Part shown: positions 17,733 through 26,715 of the stretch, piece by piece | Layout: each line of letters starts with the position of its first letter | Position numbering within the stretch: the stretch's first letter is position 1 | Assembly: GCA_905182715.1 (NCBI GenBank) | Contig: CAJJCP010000003.1 | Location: 3,580-67,579 of the forward strand | Length of the DNA: 64,000 nucleotides | Reading direction: 5' to 3' | DNA from: an uncultured Candidatus Poseidoniales archaeon | GTDB lineage: Archaea; Thermoplasmatota; Poseidoniia; Poseidoniales; Poseidoniaceae | Made by a program: the position numbers and the translations under genes | Notes under the pieces: model-generated | What the model saw: only the letters and a program-made list of their open reading frames with translations | Database searches by the model: none | Told to the model about the DNA's origin: nothing

Positions 17733-19163
17733 TCAGTCGAACATTTGCTCGAGAAGCCAGTCGGGGTCGAATTGTTTCAAATCATGATAGCCTTGGCCTA
17801 CGCCAGCGAAAACGATTGGTCTGCCGGTTGAAAAAGCAATAGAAAGCCCAGCACCACCTTTAGCATCTGTGTCGACTTTGGTCAGAACTGCCCCATCGAA
17901 CTTCATGATCTCTTGGAACATTCTGGCTTGTTCAACGGCATCGTTACCAGCAAGCGAATCACCGACGAATAAGGTGAGGTGCGGGTTTGCAACGCGTCGA
18001 ACCTTGTTGAGTTCGTTCATGAGATTGACTTTGTTTTGCATTCGACCTGCTGTATCGACAAGAACAACATCGATGTTTTTGGCTTTGGCTGATTCAATTG
18101 CATCACGAGCAATTGCTGCTGTGTCCCCGCCCCGTTGGCTGGAGATACATCGAATTCCGAGGTTGTCACAATGCGACTCGAGTTGTTGAATTGCACCAGC
18201 ACGGAACGTGTCTCCTGCTGCTGCGACTACGGTGAGGTTTTGGTCGAGAAGACGTTGTGCGATTTTCGCAGCTGTTGTTGTTTTTCCCGTACCGTTTACG
18301 CCGACAAGCATGATGACGACGGGAGTGTCTCCTGCATCGACGAATGATTTGACGGTTGCATCAAAATCCCAATACCCAGCGGCGAGGATGTTACGAAGGG
18401 CTCGCTTGAGGGCGGCTTCGAGGACTTTCGACAGGTCGGCTCCTTTTCGAAGTCGAGAACCGAGGAGGCTGACCCGTAATGCTTCGATTACTGCAGTTAC
18501 AGCGTCGCTTGAAATATCTGATTCAAGAAGGACCCATTCTAATTCTTCAAGGAGATTGTCGAGAGCACCACCAGCTTTGATCACTCTTCCGCCTTCAGAA
18601 ACAACACCGCCACCCAGTTCAACTTTGACTTTTGTACCGGCCTCAGTTTCAATTTCAGCCTCTTTAACTGAGCCTTTTGGGGCTGATTGAACGCTGACTA
18701 GTTGGCGACCAGTTGTCGTTCTCATCATCGAAAGGTCTACGTGTGAGCCTTTTGGGCGCGCTATTTCAACAGCGCCACGTTTCTTCATTTCTTTGTTTTT
18801 CTTGGATTTACGCTTTTCATCAGCACGGCGAAGCGTGTTAAGGCGCTTCTTTTCTTTACGAGATAATTCAGCCGGGAGTGCAATGTCTTCTTCTTCGTCG
18901 AAATCGTCCCATTCTTCATTCTGGACTTCGGGAAGTTCGGCCTCTTCTATTTCTTCAAGGTCTTCCCACTCCTCTTCGGCATCGTCAACGACGTGTTCGG
19001 TGGGTTGGGGTTCTTGGACGGAGGAAGTTTCGGATTGCAGGTTTTCAGCTGCGACAAGAGCCTCTTGTGCTTCTTGCGATGAAGCTTCGGCTGAAAGTTC
19101 ATCTGTATCGACTTCAGAGGCAACCTCGGTTACCCGTTTTCGGAAGCGGTCAAACAATCCCAT
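17733..19163 (-). CDS. ftsY: signal recognition particle receptor FtsY
   Basis: SRP GTPase motifs GVNGTGKTTT, DTAGR, TKVD, with an acidic N-terminal region. Confidence 0.95.
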   Translation of the reverse strand: MGLFDRFRKRVTEVASEVDTDELSAEASSQEAQEALVAAENLQSETSSVQEPQPTEHVVDDAEEEWEDLEEIEEAELPEVQNEEWDDFDEEEDIALPAELSRKEKKRLNTLRRADEKRKSKKNKEMKKRGAVEIARPKGSHVDLSMMRTTTGRQLVSVQSAPKGSVKEAEIETEAGTKVKVELGGGVVSEGGRVIKAGGALDNLLEELEWVLLESDISSDAVTAVIEALRVSLLGSRLRKGADLSKVLEAALKRALRNILAAGYWDFDATVKSFVDAGDTPVVIMLVGVNGTGKTTTAAKIAQRLLDQNLTVVAAAGDTFRAGAIQQLESHCDNLGIRCISSQRGGDTAAIARDAIESAKAKNIDVVLVDTAGRMQNKVNLMNELNKVRRVANPHLTLFVGDSLAGNDAVEQARMFQEIMKFDGAVLTKVDTDAKGGAGLSIAFSTGRPIVFAGVGQGYHDLKQFDPDWLLEQMFD

Positions 19164-19172
19164 TTGGCTCCC

Positions 19173-19775
19173 TCAGTCATCTAATGTCAATTCGTTTCCA
19201 AACCGGCTACCGCGTCGCTGTGGCCGACGGTTTTCTTTTTCTTCGGGTGAAGATTGTGGGGTTGAGGGTTTTGCGGCACTTGTTGGTTCGAAAGCAGGAG
19301 TTGTTGCTGGCTGAGAGGGTTGGAGTTGCTCGGCTGCTGCATTGAACTCTTGGGCTAAGAGGGTGATTTTCTCTTCTAAAGTTGTGGCTTGTTCAGAGAG
19401 ATCTTTGTGGAGTAATGTGATGCCCTCTTTTCGTTCTACGGTCATTGTGTATGCTTCAGACCATGGTTTTTCGCCAAAAACACCACTGCCTATATCGACG
19501 AGTGCTGTTCCTTCTTCTTTGCTTTCATGGATATAATTCAAGGTCACGCCAGAACCGATTGAAAGGCGAGCGCCAGTTTTGCCGGTTTTGCTCGACTCTT
19601 GGAGATGGTGAAGAATTCCCGAAGTAATCTGATGCTCATCAATAATGGCCGTCACTTGTTCAATCCGCCCGTGTAAGTCGTCGAGTTGTTTTCTATGCGC
19701 GTCAATAGTACGCGCCATTTTTTGTAACTCGCTTCGTTCAACCATGCGGCTCACGTAGTCCGAGGTGGTTGTCAT
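19173..19775 (-). CDS. pfdA: prefoldin alpha subunit with extended C-terminal tail
   Basis: Coiled coil, beta-hairpin region (SIGSGVTLNYI...ALVDIGSGVFGEK), coiled coil. Sits in the conserved archaeal position between rplX and ftsY. Confidence 0.8.
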   Translation of the reverse strand: MTTTSDYVSRMVERSELQKMARTIDAHRKQLDDLHGRIEQVTAIIDEHQITSGILHHLQESSKTGKTGARLSIGSGVTLNYIHESKEEGTALVDIGSGVFGEKPWSEAYTMTVERKEGITLLHKDLSEQATTLEEKITLLAQEFNAAAEQLQPSQPATTPAFEPTSAAKPSTPQSSPEEKENRRPQRRGSRFGNELTLDD

Positions 19776-19793
19776 TCAAGAAGGCCGCGAGGG

Positions 19794-20066
19794 TCACTCT
19801 TCTTCATTTGAAGAAGAGATTGGTCCGCCAGCAGCTGCGATTTCGTCACGGAAATGGTCTGTAACACGAGGTTCTGTGGAAATGCGAGGGTCAATTTCTT
19901 CGACTGAAACAATGTCGATGGAACGGCGGTTAGCCTTGTGCCGAGAGCCCATGATGGAATAGGTTCGGTGTTCTGCATCGTTAGCATCTGCAGCTGGCAA
20001 GTCTAAAGAAAATTGTTGACGCATGCTACCAAATGGTGCGACTCCTGTTACGCGATAGGCCTTCAT
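19794..20066 (-). CDS. rplX: 50S ribosomal protein LX (eL20 / L18Ae)
   Basis: 90-aa protein MKAYRVTG...FSLDL...EHRTYSIMGSRHK. Lies in the archaeal LX-pfdA-ftsY context. Confidence 0.75.
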   Translation of the reverse strand: MKAYRVTGVAPFGSMRQQFSLDLPAADANDAEHRTYSIMGSRHKANRRSIDIVSVEEIDPRISTEPRVTDHFRDEIAAAGGPISSSNEEE

Positions 20067-20166
20067 CGAAGTGGGCGACTCGCAAACCCGACTTAAACGC
20101 GCCGTCGCGCATTATCTGTCATAATTGACCACGAGATTGACAAAGTTTGAGGATTCAACACAATTC

Positions 20167-23100
20167 ATGCGACCCGCATTCTTTGTCACGATGCTGTTGT
20201 TGCTACCCTTAGCCCAGGGCCTTGGGCCGTCGTTGTTTCCGGAGGAGGTTTTGGGGGAAGAACGCGTATTGGTTCTCGAAGAAGGGGTATGGACACAGGA
20301 ATTGTGGGCATCGCTTTCCCATGTTGGTTACACTCCATTGCGGATGTTGAGTTCGACCGAGGTATTGGTTTGGGATTCATCTGAAGGGAATGGAATATTG
20401 GGCGTTCATGTGAATGAAGCACCGGATGTTCAATTCAAAGGTGAGTTTGAGCACTTCTCTGGATATGGATCATTCCGATTCGTGTTCGAACCAAATCTTC
20501 CCTCTGAAGCTGTACATCAAGTAGTCACGGTATTCGCTCAATTTGGAATCAAACTTAATTCGGAGGTTGAACGCTATTCCTCAGCGATTCCTCACGTCGA
20601 AGTTGTTGAGTGGAGTGCTGGTTTTTCGGCTCTTACCTCAATGGATGGTTTACTCTGGGTTGAGCCGGTTTTACCCACTTCAGCGCGTAACGAGCAGGTT
20701 GGCTCGCTGCTTCAACATGGCTTGACAACCGGAAACCCAGCCTGGGAGTTAGGACTTAATGGTGAAGGGGTAGTTGTCGCTGTGGCTGATTCTGGACTCG
20801 ATGCTGACCATGCCTGTTTCCGGAATGCAACTGCTGCAGGCGAACTTGGTTCAGTTGGTGAGAATTTATCTGACGGAGTTGGAGTTCCTGGTTTTGATCA
20901 CCGTAAGGTTTTGTTACTCAACCATTCGATTGATTCTGGAGATACTTCTGGTCATTCCGATTATCGGCACGGGACACATGTTGCAGGAACGTTGTCATGC
21001 TACAATGTCTATGATATGCGTTCGAATACAATGCCTCAAAATGGCTCTTCACTTTCCTATGCAACGAAACTTATTTTCCAAGATATTGTTTCTGAAGAGG
21101 GATGGGTTCCGCCAGATGTTGATGCTTTACTCGTTGAGGCGGGGTTGGACGGCGCTACACTCCATTCAAATTCTTGGGGTGATGATACGACTGCATACAC
21201 TGTGCGTACTGGAGATTTTGATGCTTGGGCTGCCGAGATGCCTTGGTCTCTTGCGTTCATTGCACCGGGCAACAATGGAGGACAACTCTTGGAGCCGGCA
21301 AATGGGAGAAATGTCGTCGCTGTTGGCGCATCAATAAAGGCGGAATCTTCGAACCGATGGAGTGCTTCTTCGATCGGCCCTACCGAAAGTGGAACGAACG
21401 GAATCTTCGCCCTTGCCATCGGCTCTTCTGTTCAATCTGCACGAGCAGATGGCTTGAGTGATTCTTACAATGATGGTCTGCGTTCTTCATCGGGCACGAG
21501 TATGGCAACACCTGCAGCGGCAAGCGCCGCAGCAATCATTCAGCAAATGGTTGAGCAAGGTTGGATTTCTGGAAAAGAAAATCGAACACTTCAGTCAGTG
21601 AGTGATTTGCGTCCTGAATGGGTTGAGGGTGAGAAGAATATGACAAACAACCTCAGCCTTGCTGTTGGTTTTTCACCTTCGGGGGCATTGCTTCGAACGT
21701 TACTTTCACTCGCAACTACGCCTCTTCCTTCGGACGTAAGAAATGGGGAAAACGGCGGAGCTGATTTACAAAATCATTACGATGGTTGGGGACAACTTAC
21801 CCTTTCAGAATTAATAGACTTCGCTGAAATCGAAACTGCATTGCATCGAGGAGATGTCTCGCCTACGGAAGATCTTTGGATTCACGATTCCTTCCGCCTC
21901 TTCGATCAAAGCCCACAAGCATGGCTCCAACAAAGGCAAGGAGATTCTGAAGCCTTAGAAAACTTAGTTGCCATGCCCTGGAATGGTACGGGGGCTGCGG
22001 GCCCGTTTTTGAAAAGTGGAGATGTGTTTGTAGAACGGTTTAGTCTTTCGAACGGGTCTTTTGATGCTCGATTAGCGTGGGCAGCAGCGCCCGAGCCCCA
22101 CCTCGTCGATGATTTACAACTCATTGTCCGACTTTCTGACGGGCGAATTGCCGTTGCGAATGAATATCAAAACGATGGAGATTCGAAACTCTACCATTCC
22201 CACTTGGTTGATTTCTCAAACACGACGACATTCCCAATGACGAACGAAACAACCCTCGCCGTTTCACTTTCTGAAGTAGACCTCGATGGAGTGGAATGGG
22301 TCGAAGTTGAAGTCCGTGCCCGCTATGTATCTCCTGGTAATCAAAATAATTCAGTTGGTATTGATGGGAATCGTGTTGGGTTTGCTTTAGCTGTTCAAGG
22401 AGTTCTACGCGATTCGAATTCATGGGAGGATGGAGATGGGGACGGAGTTGCAAACGGTATTGATGATTGCCCGAACCAAAACGCCACCGAATGGGATTTG
22501 GATGCCGATGGATGCATCGATGATTCTGATGGAGATTCTATTCTCGACAACATCGATGATTGCCCAAGTGAAAACTCAACTGCATACGACAGTGATTCAA
22601 ATGGATGCATTGACGATTCAGACAGTGATGGAATCTATGATAATCTGGATGTATGTTTTACTGTTGTCGTTTCAACATTTTGGCCGGTCGATGCATTCGG
22701 TTGTAGGCCAGTCGATTCACTCCCTTCGATTGATTTTGTTTTATCGCCGGAAGATGGAGGTGAATGGTACGATGCTCTTCTTGTCCAATGGAGTGTTGAA
22801 GATGATGAAGGGGATGCGTTTGATACGGGTGCTGAAATCCATGTTCTCAATTCTTCAAGTTCCGGTGGCTCGTACTCAATCTCTTCTTGCATAAAGCAAA
22901 ATGTCGTGAATGGCACTTTTTCTTGCACATGGTATATTCCAAACGATTTGCCTGTGTGGGATATTCGAGGCGAGTACTTACAAATCGAGGTATATGCTCA
23001 AAGTCGAAACCTTTCACCTGAAGGGAAGAATGACATGGTGCTTCTTCGAGACGATGTTACTTTTACGAGCAATTGGAACAATCCTTTGCTTGAAAATTCG

Positions 23101-23316
23101 GAAGAAGGTTCTCAGTCAGAGGAAGTGGTTGCTTCTCAGAACCTCCGCATTGCGGGGGCGTTTGCATGGGGGGCGATCGGTATTCTTGCTGGCTTAGGAT
23201 TGATGTACCAGTTAAATTGGCGCGTTAAGCGCGAATATGAGGGTGAAAAGGTTCCAATGGCTTTTGAAGATGGTGTGGGTTACCGCGTTGCAGAGAGTTT
23301 GCATGAAAACGAATGA
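20167..23316 (+). CDS. exported subtilisin-like serine protease (S8) with thrombospondin type-3-like Ca-binding repeats and C-terminal TM anchor
   Basis: Catalytic triad contexts VAVADSGLD, HGTHVAGT, GTSMATP. Signal peptide MRPAFFVTMLLLLPLAQG (ATG 20167; the track starts at TTG 20125). C-terminal helix AFAWGAIGILAGLGLMY. Confidence 0.9.
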   Translation: MRPAFFVTMLLLLPLAQGLGPSLFPEEVLGEERVLVLEEGVWTQELWASLSHVGYTPLRMLSSTEVLVWDSSEGNGILGVHVNEAPDVQFKGEFEHFSGYGSFRFVFEPNLPSEAVHQVVTVFAQFGIKLNSEVERYSSAIPHVEVVEWSAGFSALTSMDGLLWVEPVLPTSARNEQVGSLLQHGLTTGNPAWELGLNGEGVVVAVADSGLDADHACFRNATAAGELGSVGENLSDGVGVPGFDHRKVLLLNHSIDSGDTSGHSDYRHGTHVAGTLSCYNVYDMRSNTMPQNGSSLSYATKLIFQDIVSEEGWVPPDVDALLVEAGLDGATLHSNSWGDDTTAYTVRTGDFDAWAAEMPWSLAFIAPGNNGGQLLEPANGRNVVAVGASIKAESSNRWSASSIGPTESGTNGIFALAIGSSVQSARADGLSDSYNDGLRSSSGTSMATPAAASAAAIIQQMVEQGWISGKENRTLQSVSDLRPEWVEGEKNMTNNLSLAVGFSPSGALLRTLLSLATTPLPSDVRNGENGGADLQNHYDGWGQLTLSELIDFAEIETALHRGDVSPTEDLWIHDSFRLFDQSPQAWLQQRQGDSEALENLVAMPWNGTGAAGPFLKSGDVFVERFSLSNGSFDARLAWAAAPEPHLVDDLQLIVRLSDGRIAVANEYQNDGDSKLYHSHLVDFSNTTTFPMTNETTLAVSLSEVDLDGVEWVEVEVRARYVSPGNQNNSVGIDGNRVGFALAVQGVLRDSNSWEDGDGDGVANGIDDCPNQNATEWDLDADGCIDDSDGDSILDNIDDCPSENSTAYDSDSNGCIDDSDSDGIYDNLDVCFTVVVSTFWPVDAFGCRPVDSLPSIDFVLSPEDGGEWYDALLVQWSVEDDEGDAFDTGAEIHVLNSSSSGGSYSISSCIKQNVVNGTFSCTWYIPNDLPVWDIRGEYLQIEVYAQSRNLSPEGKNDMVLLRDDVTFTSNWNNPLLENSEEGSQSEEVVASQNLRIAGAFAWGAIGILAGLGLMYQLNWRVKREYEGEKVPMAFEDGVGYRVAESLHENE
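22429..22656 (+). repeat. coding tandem Asp-rich repeats (DDCPxxNxTxxDxDxxGCIDDSD x2, TSP3-like)
   Basis: DGDGDGVANGIDDCPNQNATEWDLDADGCIDDSDGDSILDNIDDCPSENSTAYDSDSNGCIDDSDSDGIYDNLDVC. Confidence 0.7.
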
Positions 23317-23415
23317 CGTCGGGCCAAAAGTCTGCTAATTTTTGTTCAAAGAAGCAAGGAATGTAAAGGTGAACCTTGAAGGGTGGTGGCATCCTCGCCG
23401 ATACATCCGCAATGC

Positions 23416-23420
23416 GGAGG
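23416..23420 (+). promoter_or_regulatory. Shine-Dalgarno-like GGAGG upstream of the actin-like gene
   Basis: ggagggtgaagaaaaATG, with 10 nt between GGAGG and ATG 23431. Confidence 0.4.
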
Positions 23421-23430
23421 GTGAAGAAAA

Positions 23431-24435
23431 ATGAGTGACCGTCTATATGTTGGAATCGATCTAGGTACCTATCAATCTACTATTGCATCAAGTGCTGGCA
23501 TCAGCCACACAATCGAAACTGTTGTCGGGCGTCCTAAGGACCCTGTTGCACGAAACTTCCTCGGACGAGACGTCTTGTTTGGAAGCGATGCTCTCAAGAA
23601 CAAACTCGCATGTAACCTCTACCGGCCTATGGCTGCTGGAGTTGCACAAGACGATGAAGGTAATTTGGCCGCTGCTAAGGCGTTTGTCTCTCACCTTTTG
23701 GAAACTGTAGACCCTGAAGAATTCGATGAAGTATTCGGAGTTATCTGCTCTCCAAGCCACGTTTCATTCACTGACAAGTCCAACCTCGTTGCTACGCTAC
23801 GTGGACAAGTTAACGCCATCATGGTCGTTACAGAACCTTTTGCTACTGCTTTTGGTATCGGTGAAATTGCAAGTTCAATTGTTGTTGATATCGGTGCAGG
23901 AACTACCGATATTGCACGAATCTACGGTACTTTCCCAACAGACGAAGACCAAGTCACTATCCAAGAAGCTGGAGACTGGCTCGACAACGAACTCATGGAA
24001 CTGATCCGAAAGAAGTACACCGGCGCTCAAGTTACAAAAGACATGGTTCGCAAGTGGAAGGAAGAAGTTTCCTACGTCGGAAGCGAAGACCGTCAAGCAA
24101 TGGTTGAATTGTCCGTTGAAGGAAAGAAGCAAGTCGTCGATATTGGCGACCTTGTCAACCAAGCGTGTGAAATGATTATTCCTAAGATCGGAAACGCAAT
24201 CAAGCGAATCGTCGCTGGCGCAGACCCTGAATACCAACCTATACTCCGAAACAACATCATCCTCTCCGGTGGCGGCTCCTTGATTGAAGGCGTTGCTGCA
24301 CGAATGGCTGATGAAATCTCCGACATCGGAGACGTCAATGTTTGGTGTGTCGAAGACCCAATCAACGCAGTTGCTACCGGCGCTCTTCAACTCGCTGGTG
24401 AAATGCCAGATGACATGTTCACTGCAATCAACTGA
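23431..24435 (+). CDS. actin-family ATPase, MamK-like
   Basis: Actin-fold motifs GIDLGT (phosphate 1), VVDIGAGTTDI (phosphate 2), ILSGGGS (adenosine). Also TVVGRPKD, VVTEPF, GTFPTDEDQVTIQEAG, PEYQPILRNNI. From memory, these track MamK rather than MreB (MreB has DIGGGTTEV). Confidence 0.8.
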   Translation: MSDRLYVGIDLGTYQSTIASSAGISHTIETVVGRPKDPVARNFLGRDVLFGSDALKNKLACNLYRPMAAGVAQDDEGNLAAAKAFVSHLLETVDPEEFDEVFGVICSPSHVSFTDKSNLVATLRGQVNAIMVVTEPFATAFGIGEIASSIVVDIGAGTTDIARIYGTFPTDEDQVTIQEAGDWLDNELMELIRKKYTGAQVTKDMVRKWKEEVSYVGSEDRQAMVELSVEGKKQVVDIGDLVNQACEMIIPKIGNAIKRIVAGADPEYQPILRNNIILSGGGSLIEGVAARMADEISDIGDVNVWCVEDPINAVATGALQLAGEMPDDMFTAIN

Positions 24436-24529
24436 TTGTCGGGCTCATTCAAAGGGTAGAAAACCAGCCGTCTAAGGCTTGTTTCAATGGAGAAAGTTCA
24501 AGTGTGGTTGAGCGGCGATAGTCGCTTGT

Positions 24530-25795
24530 ATGACGCTCGACTCTTCCGGAACAAGTGGTATCAATCGAATTGGTGACGCAACAGGCGACGAACGTGCTGC
24601 TCTGGAAGGCATGCTCAAAGGATACCCTGTTGAGCAACTGGTTGAAGAAGTTCTCATCGCTTGGAATGAGCTTGCCGCTCGCAATGAAGAAATGGTTTCT
24701 GTAAAGCAACGGCTACGCGTTCTCGAACTCGATCTTGCTGAACGCGAAGACATGGTCGCACCAGAAGTTGCAAGGCTTGCAGAGTCTGATGCTGCTTTGG
24801 AAAACAGTGAATCAAAAGTTATTCATCTGGAACGGTTGCTCGGCGATCTCCGTGAAGAGTTATCTTCACAACAATCCTCACTTTCACACGAAGAACGTGA
24901 ATCAATGGCTACCGAAGTTGGTCAGTTACGAACTTTGACCACGCAACAAGACGAGGTCATAGGAGAAATGGAAGGTCGAATCGGACAGATGGTCGAAGCT
25001 CTTGAACGGGCTGCTGATGCTGGGCTCACGTCCGTTACCGCTGAGGAGGTTCGAAGTTTGAAAGCACAACTCGATACGGCAATTGCACAAAACGATGCTG
25101 AGCAAGCAGCCAATAAAGCGCTCGAAGAAGAGCGACAAAGACTCCGAGATATCGCCGACCGGTTGCGAGGCCTTCTCGATGCTCGAGATGGTCGCCTCGG
25201 CGAACTCGAAGAACAACTTGAGCGAGTGATGCAAGGGCCTCGGTCCGTTTCAGCAGAACACGACTACTTGGTTGAACAAATCGACGAACTCAAGCGCCGA
25301 TTACTTGAACGAAACCGAGAATATGATTCGCTCCGTCGTCGAGAACGACGACTTCACAACGATGTGTTTGAACGCGACGAGCGTATCCAACAAATCACCC
25401 TTACACTTACTGACATGGAAGCGGCTTTGCAAGACAGAACCGCTGAACTTCGTGAGCTCGAAGGGCAGCGTGAAACTATGGTGCACGAACTGGATTCTGT
25501 TCGCCGTGGTGAGCGTACTCGTGAAGTGGTTGGAAGAGTCTTTGCCGATTCACTGTCACTGGTTCGCACGCATGATGCTCGTGAAGCAAAACGTGATGCA
25601 TACAGTAATGCCCCTGATGTGAAGCGAACATTGTCAACACCTGAAACTGGCGACATGACAACATTGGCAGAAGGCGGCCGTGTTCATCTTGAAGTCAATG
25701 AAAGTGAAATTGAGCAGGGTATCGATGTTGATGGTGCTCGGCCTCCATCACCGGGTGGCTCTGGCGACCCTGTTGTCTTTGACGATGAAGATTGA
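24530..25795 (+). CDS. long coiled-coil protein with acidic C-terminal tail, hypothetical
   Basis: 421 aa, E/R/L/Q-rich heptad-like sequence over ~300 aa (LRVLELDLAERED...LRELEGQRETMVHELD), ending in VVFDDED. Same strand as the actin-like gene and 94 nt downstream of it. Confidence 0.65.
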   Translation: MTLDSSGTSGINRIGDATGDERAALEGMLKGYPVEQLVEEVLIAWNELAARNEEMVSVKQRLRVLELDLAEREDMVAPEVARLAESDAALENSESKVIHLERLLGDLREELSSQQSSLSHEERESMATEVGQLRTLTTQQDEVIGEMEGRIGQMVEALERAADAGLTSVTAEEVRSLKAQLDTAIAQNDAEQAANKALEEERQRLRDIADRLRGLLDARDGRLGELEEQLERVMQGPRSVSAEHDYLVEQIDELKRRLLERNREYDSLRRRERRLHNDVFERDERIQQITLTLTDMEAALQDRTAELRELEGQRETMVHELDSVRRGERTREVVGRVFADSLSLVRTHDAREAKRDAYSNAPDVKRTLSTPETGDMTTLAEGGRVHLEVNESEIEQGIDVDGARPPSPGGSGDPVVFDDED

Positions 25796-26608
25796 TCAGG
25801 CATTCAATGCTGCGGTAATGCCGCTGATTCTTTGACGGAGTTCTTCTAAATCAGCCGCGTCTTCAGTGAGCGTTCCCGTTACAATCCAATCTGCGCCTGC
25901 TTGCGCAGCAAGAGCTGCTTGCTCTGGAGTTCGTATCCCGCCGCCGACAACAATCGTGAGATTCTCAACGGTACGAGCGCTTTCCACCAGCTGGGGATGT
26001 ACTTGGGTATCGGCTCCACTCCCTGCTTCAAGATAGAGTATTTTGAAGCCGAACATGCGCGCCGTTAGGGCATAAGCATGAACTAATTCAGATTCATCTG
26101 GTTGGATAAGTTCAGCTTCTCCGACTTCTCCAACCCGGCCTCCCGGCGCACATACAAGATACCCAGTAGGTAATGCCTCAACACCGAATTTTTCGAGATA
26201 CGGTGCTCCACGAATTTGCTCACCGATCAAAAATCTGCGAGTGTTTGAGTTCATCAGCATCATGAAGGTGATTGCATCTGCTGCAGGAGAGAGTGCGTGA
26301 GCGCCCCCTGGAAACAAGACTACAGGGATTTGCCATTGGGCTTCGTCAGATTCAGGGTCTTGACTTGCCGCAAAAGCTCGTAATTCAAAGGCTTCCTGGA
26401 TGGCTTGGCAGGTAGCATGGACTACTGCATCTGGAGTGTCCGTAGAGCCGCCTACAAAAATCATGCTGCTTCCGCATTCAACGGCAACCATTGCACGGTT
26501 TGCAGCGGTGTTTGAGTCTTGTTTTGCCGGGTCGATGAGGGTGATATGCCGTGTGTTTTGGCTTTTGGAAGTCACATATTCCAGTGTTGTAGCGTCGGCC
26601 CTTCTCAT
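25796..26608 (-). CDS. geranylgeranylglyceryl phosphate synthase (GGGPS/PcrB family)
   Basis: HITLIDPAKQ, IFVGGST, ILYLEAGSG, VGGGIRTPEQA. The track ORF extends to 26656; the Met at 26608 gives the usual length. Confidence 0.8.
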   Translation of the reverse strand: MRRADATTLEYVTSKSQNTRHITLIDPAKQDSNTAANRAMVAVECGSSMIFVGGSTDTPDAVVHATCQAIQEAFELRAFAASQDPESDEAQWQIPVVLFPGGAHALSPAADAITFMMLMNSNTRRFLIGEQIRGAPYLEKFGVEALPTGYLVCAPGGRVGEVGEAELIQPDESELVHAYALTARMFGFKILYLEAGSGADTQVHPQLVESARTVENLTIVVGGGIRTPEQAALAAQAGADWIVTGTLTEDAADLEELRQRISGITAALNA

Positions 26609-26715
26609 GTCATCCCCAACTGTCCGTTTGATGGCCACAGCATAGGCGTTACGCACAAAAGTCGATTGAAGGCGCCAGACATAGAGTTCTCATACCTCTT
26701 CGCAGACGACCGGGT

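Noticed and set aside
18208-19345. Long plus-strand ORFs (18208..18690, 18793..19314, 18878..19345) inside ftsY/pfdA
   Set aside because: They are antisense shadows of the strongly supported ftsY gene. They have Ser/Arg-rich low-complexity translations that mirror the acidic FtsY N-domain, with no motifs.
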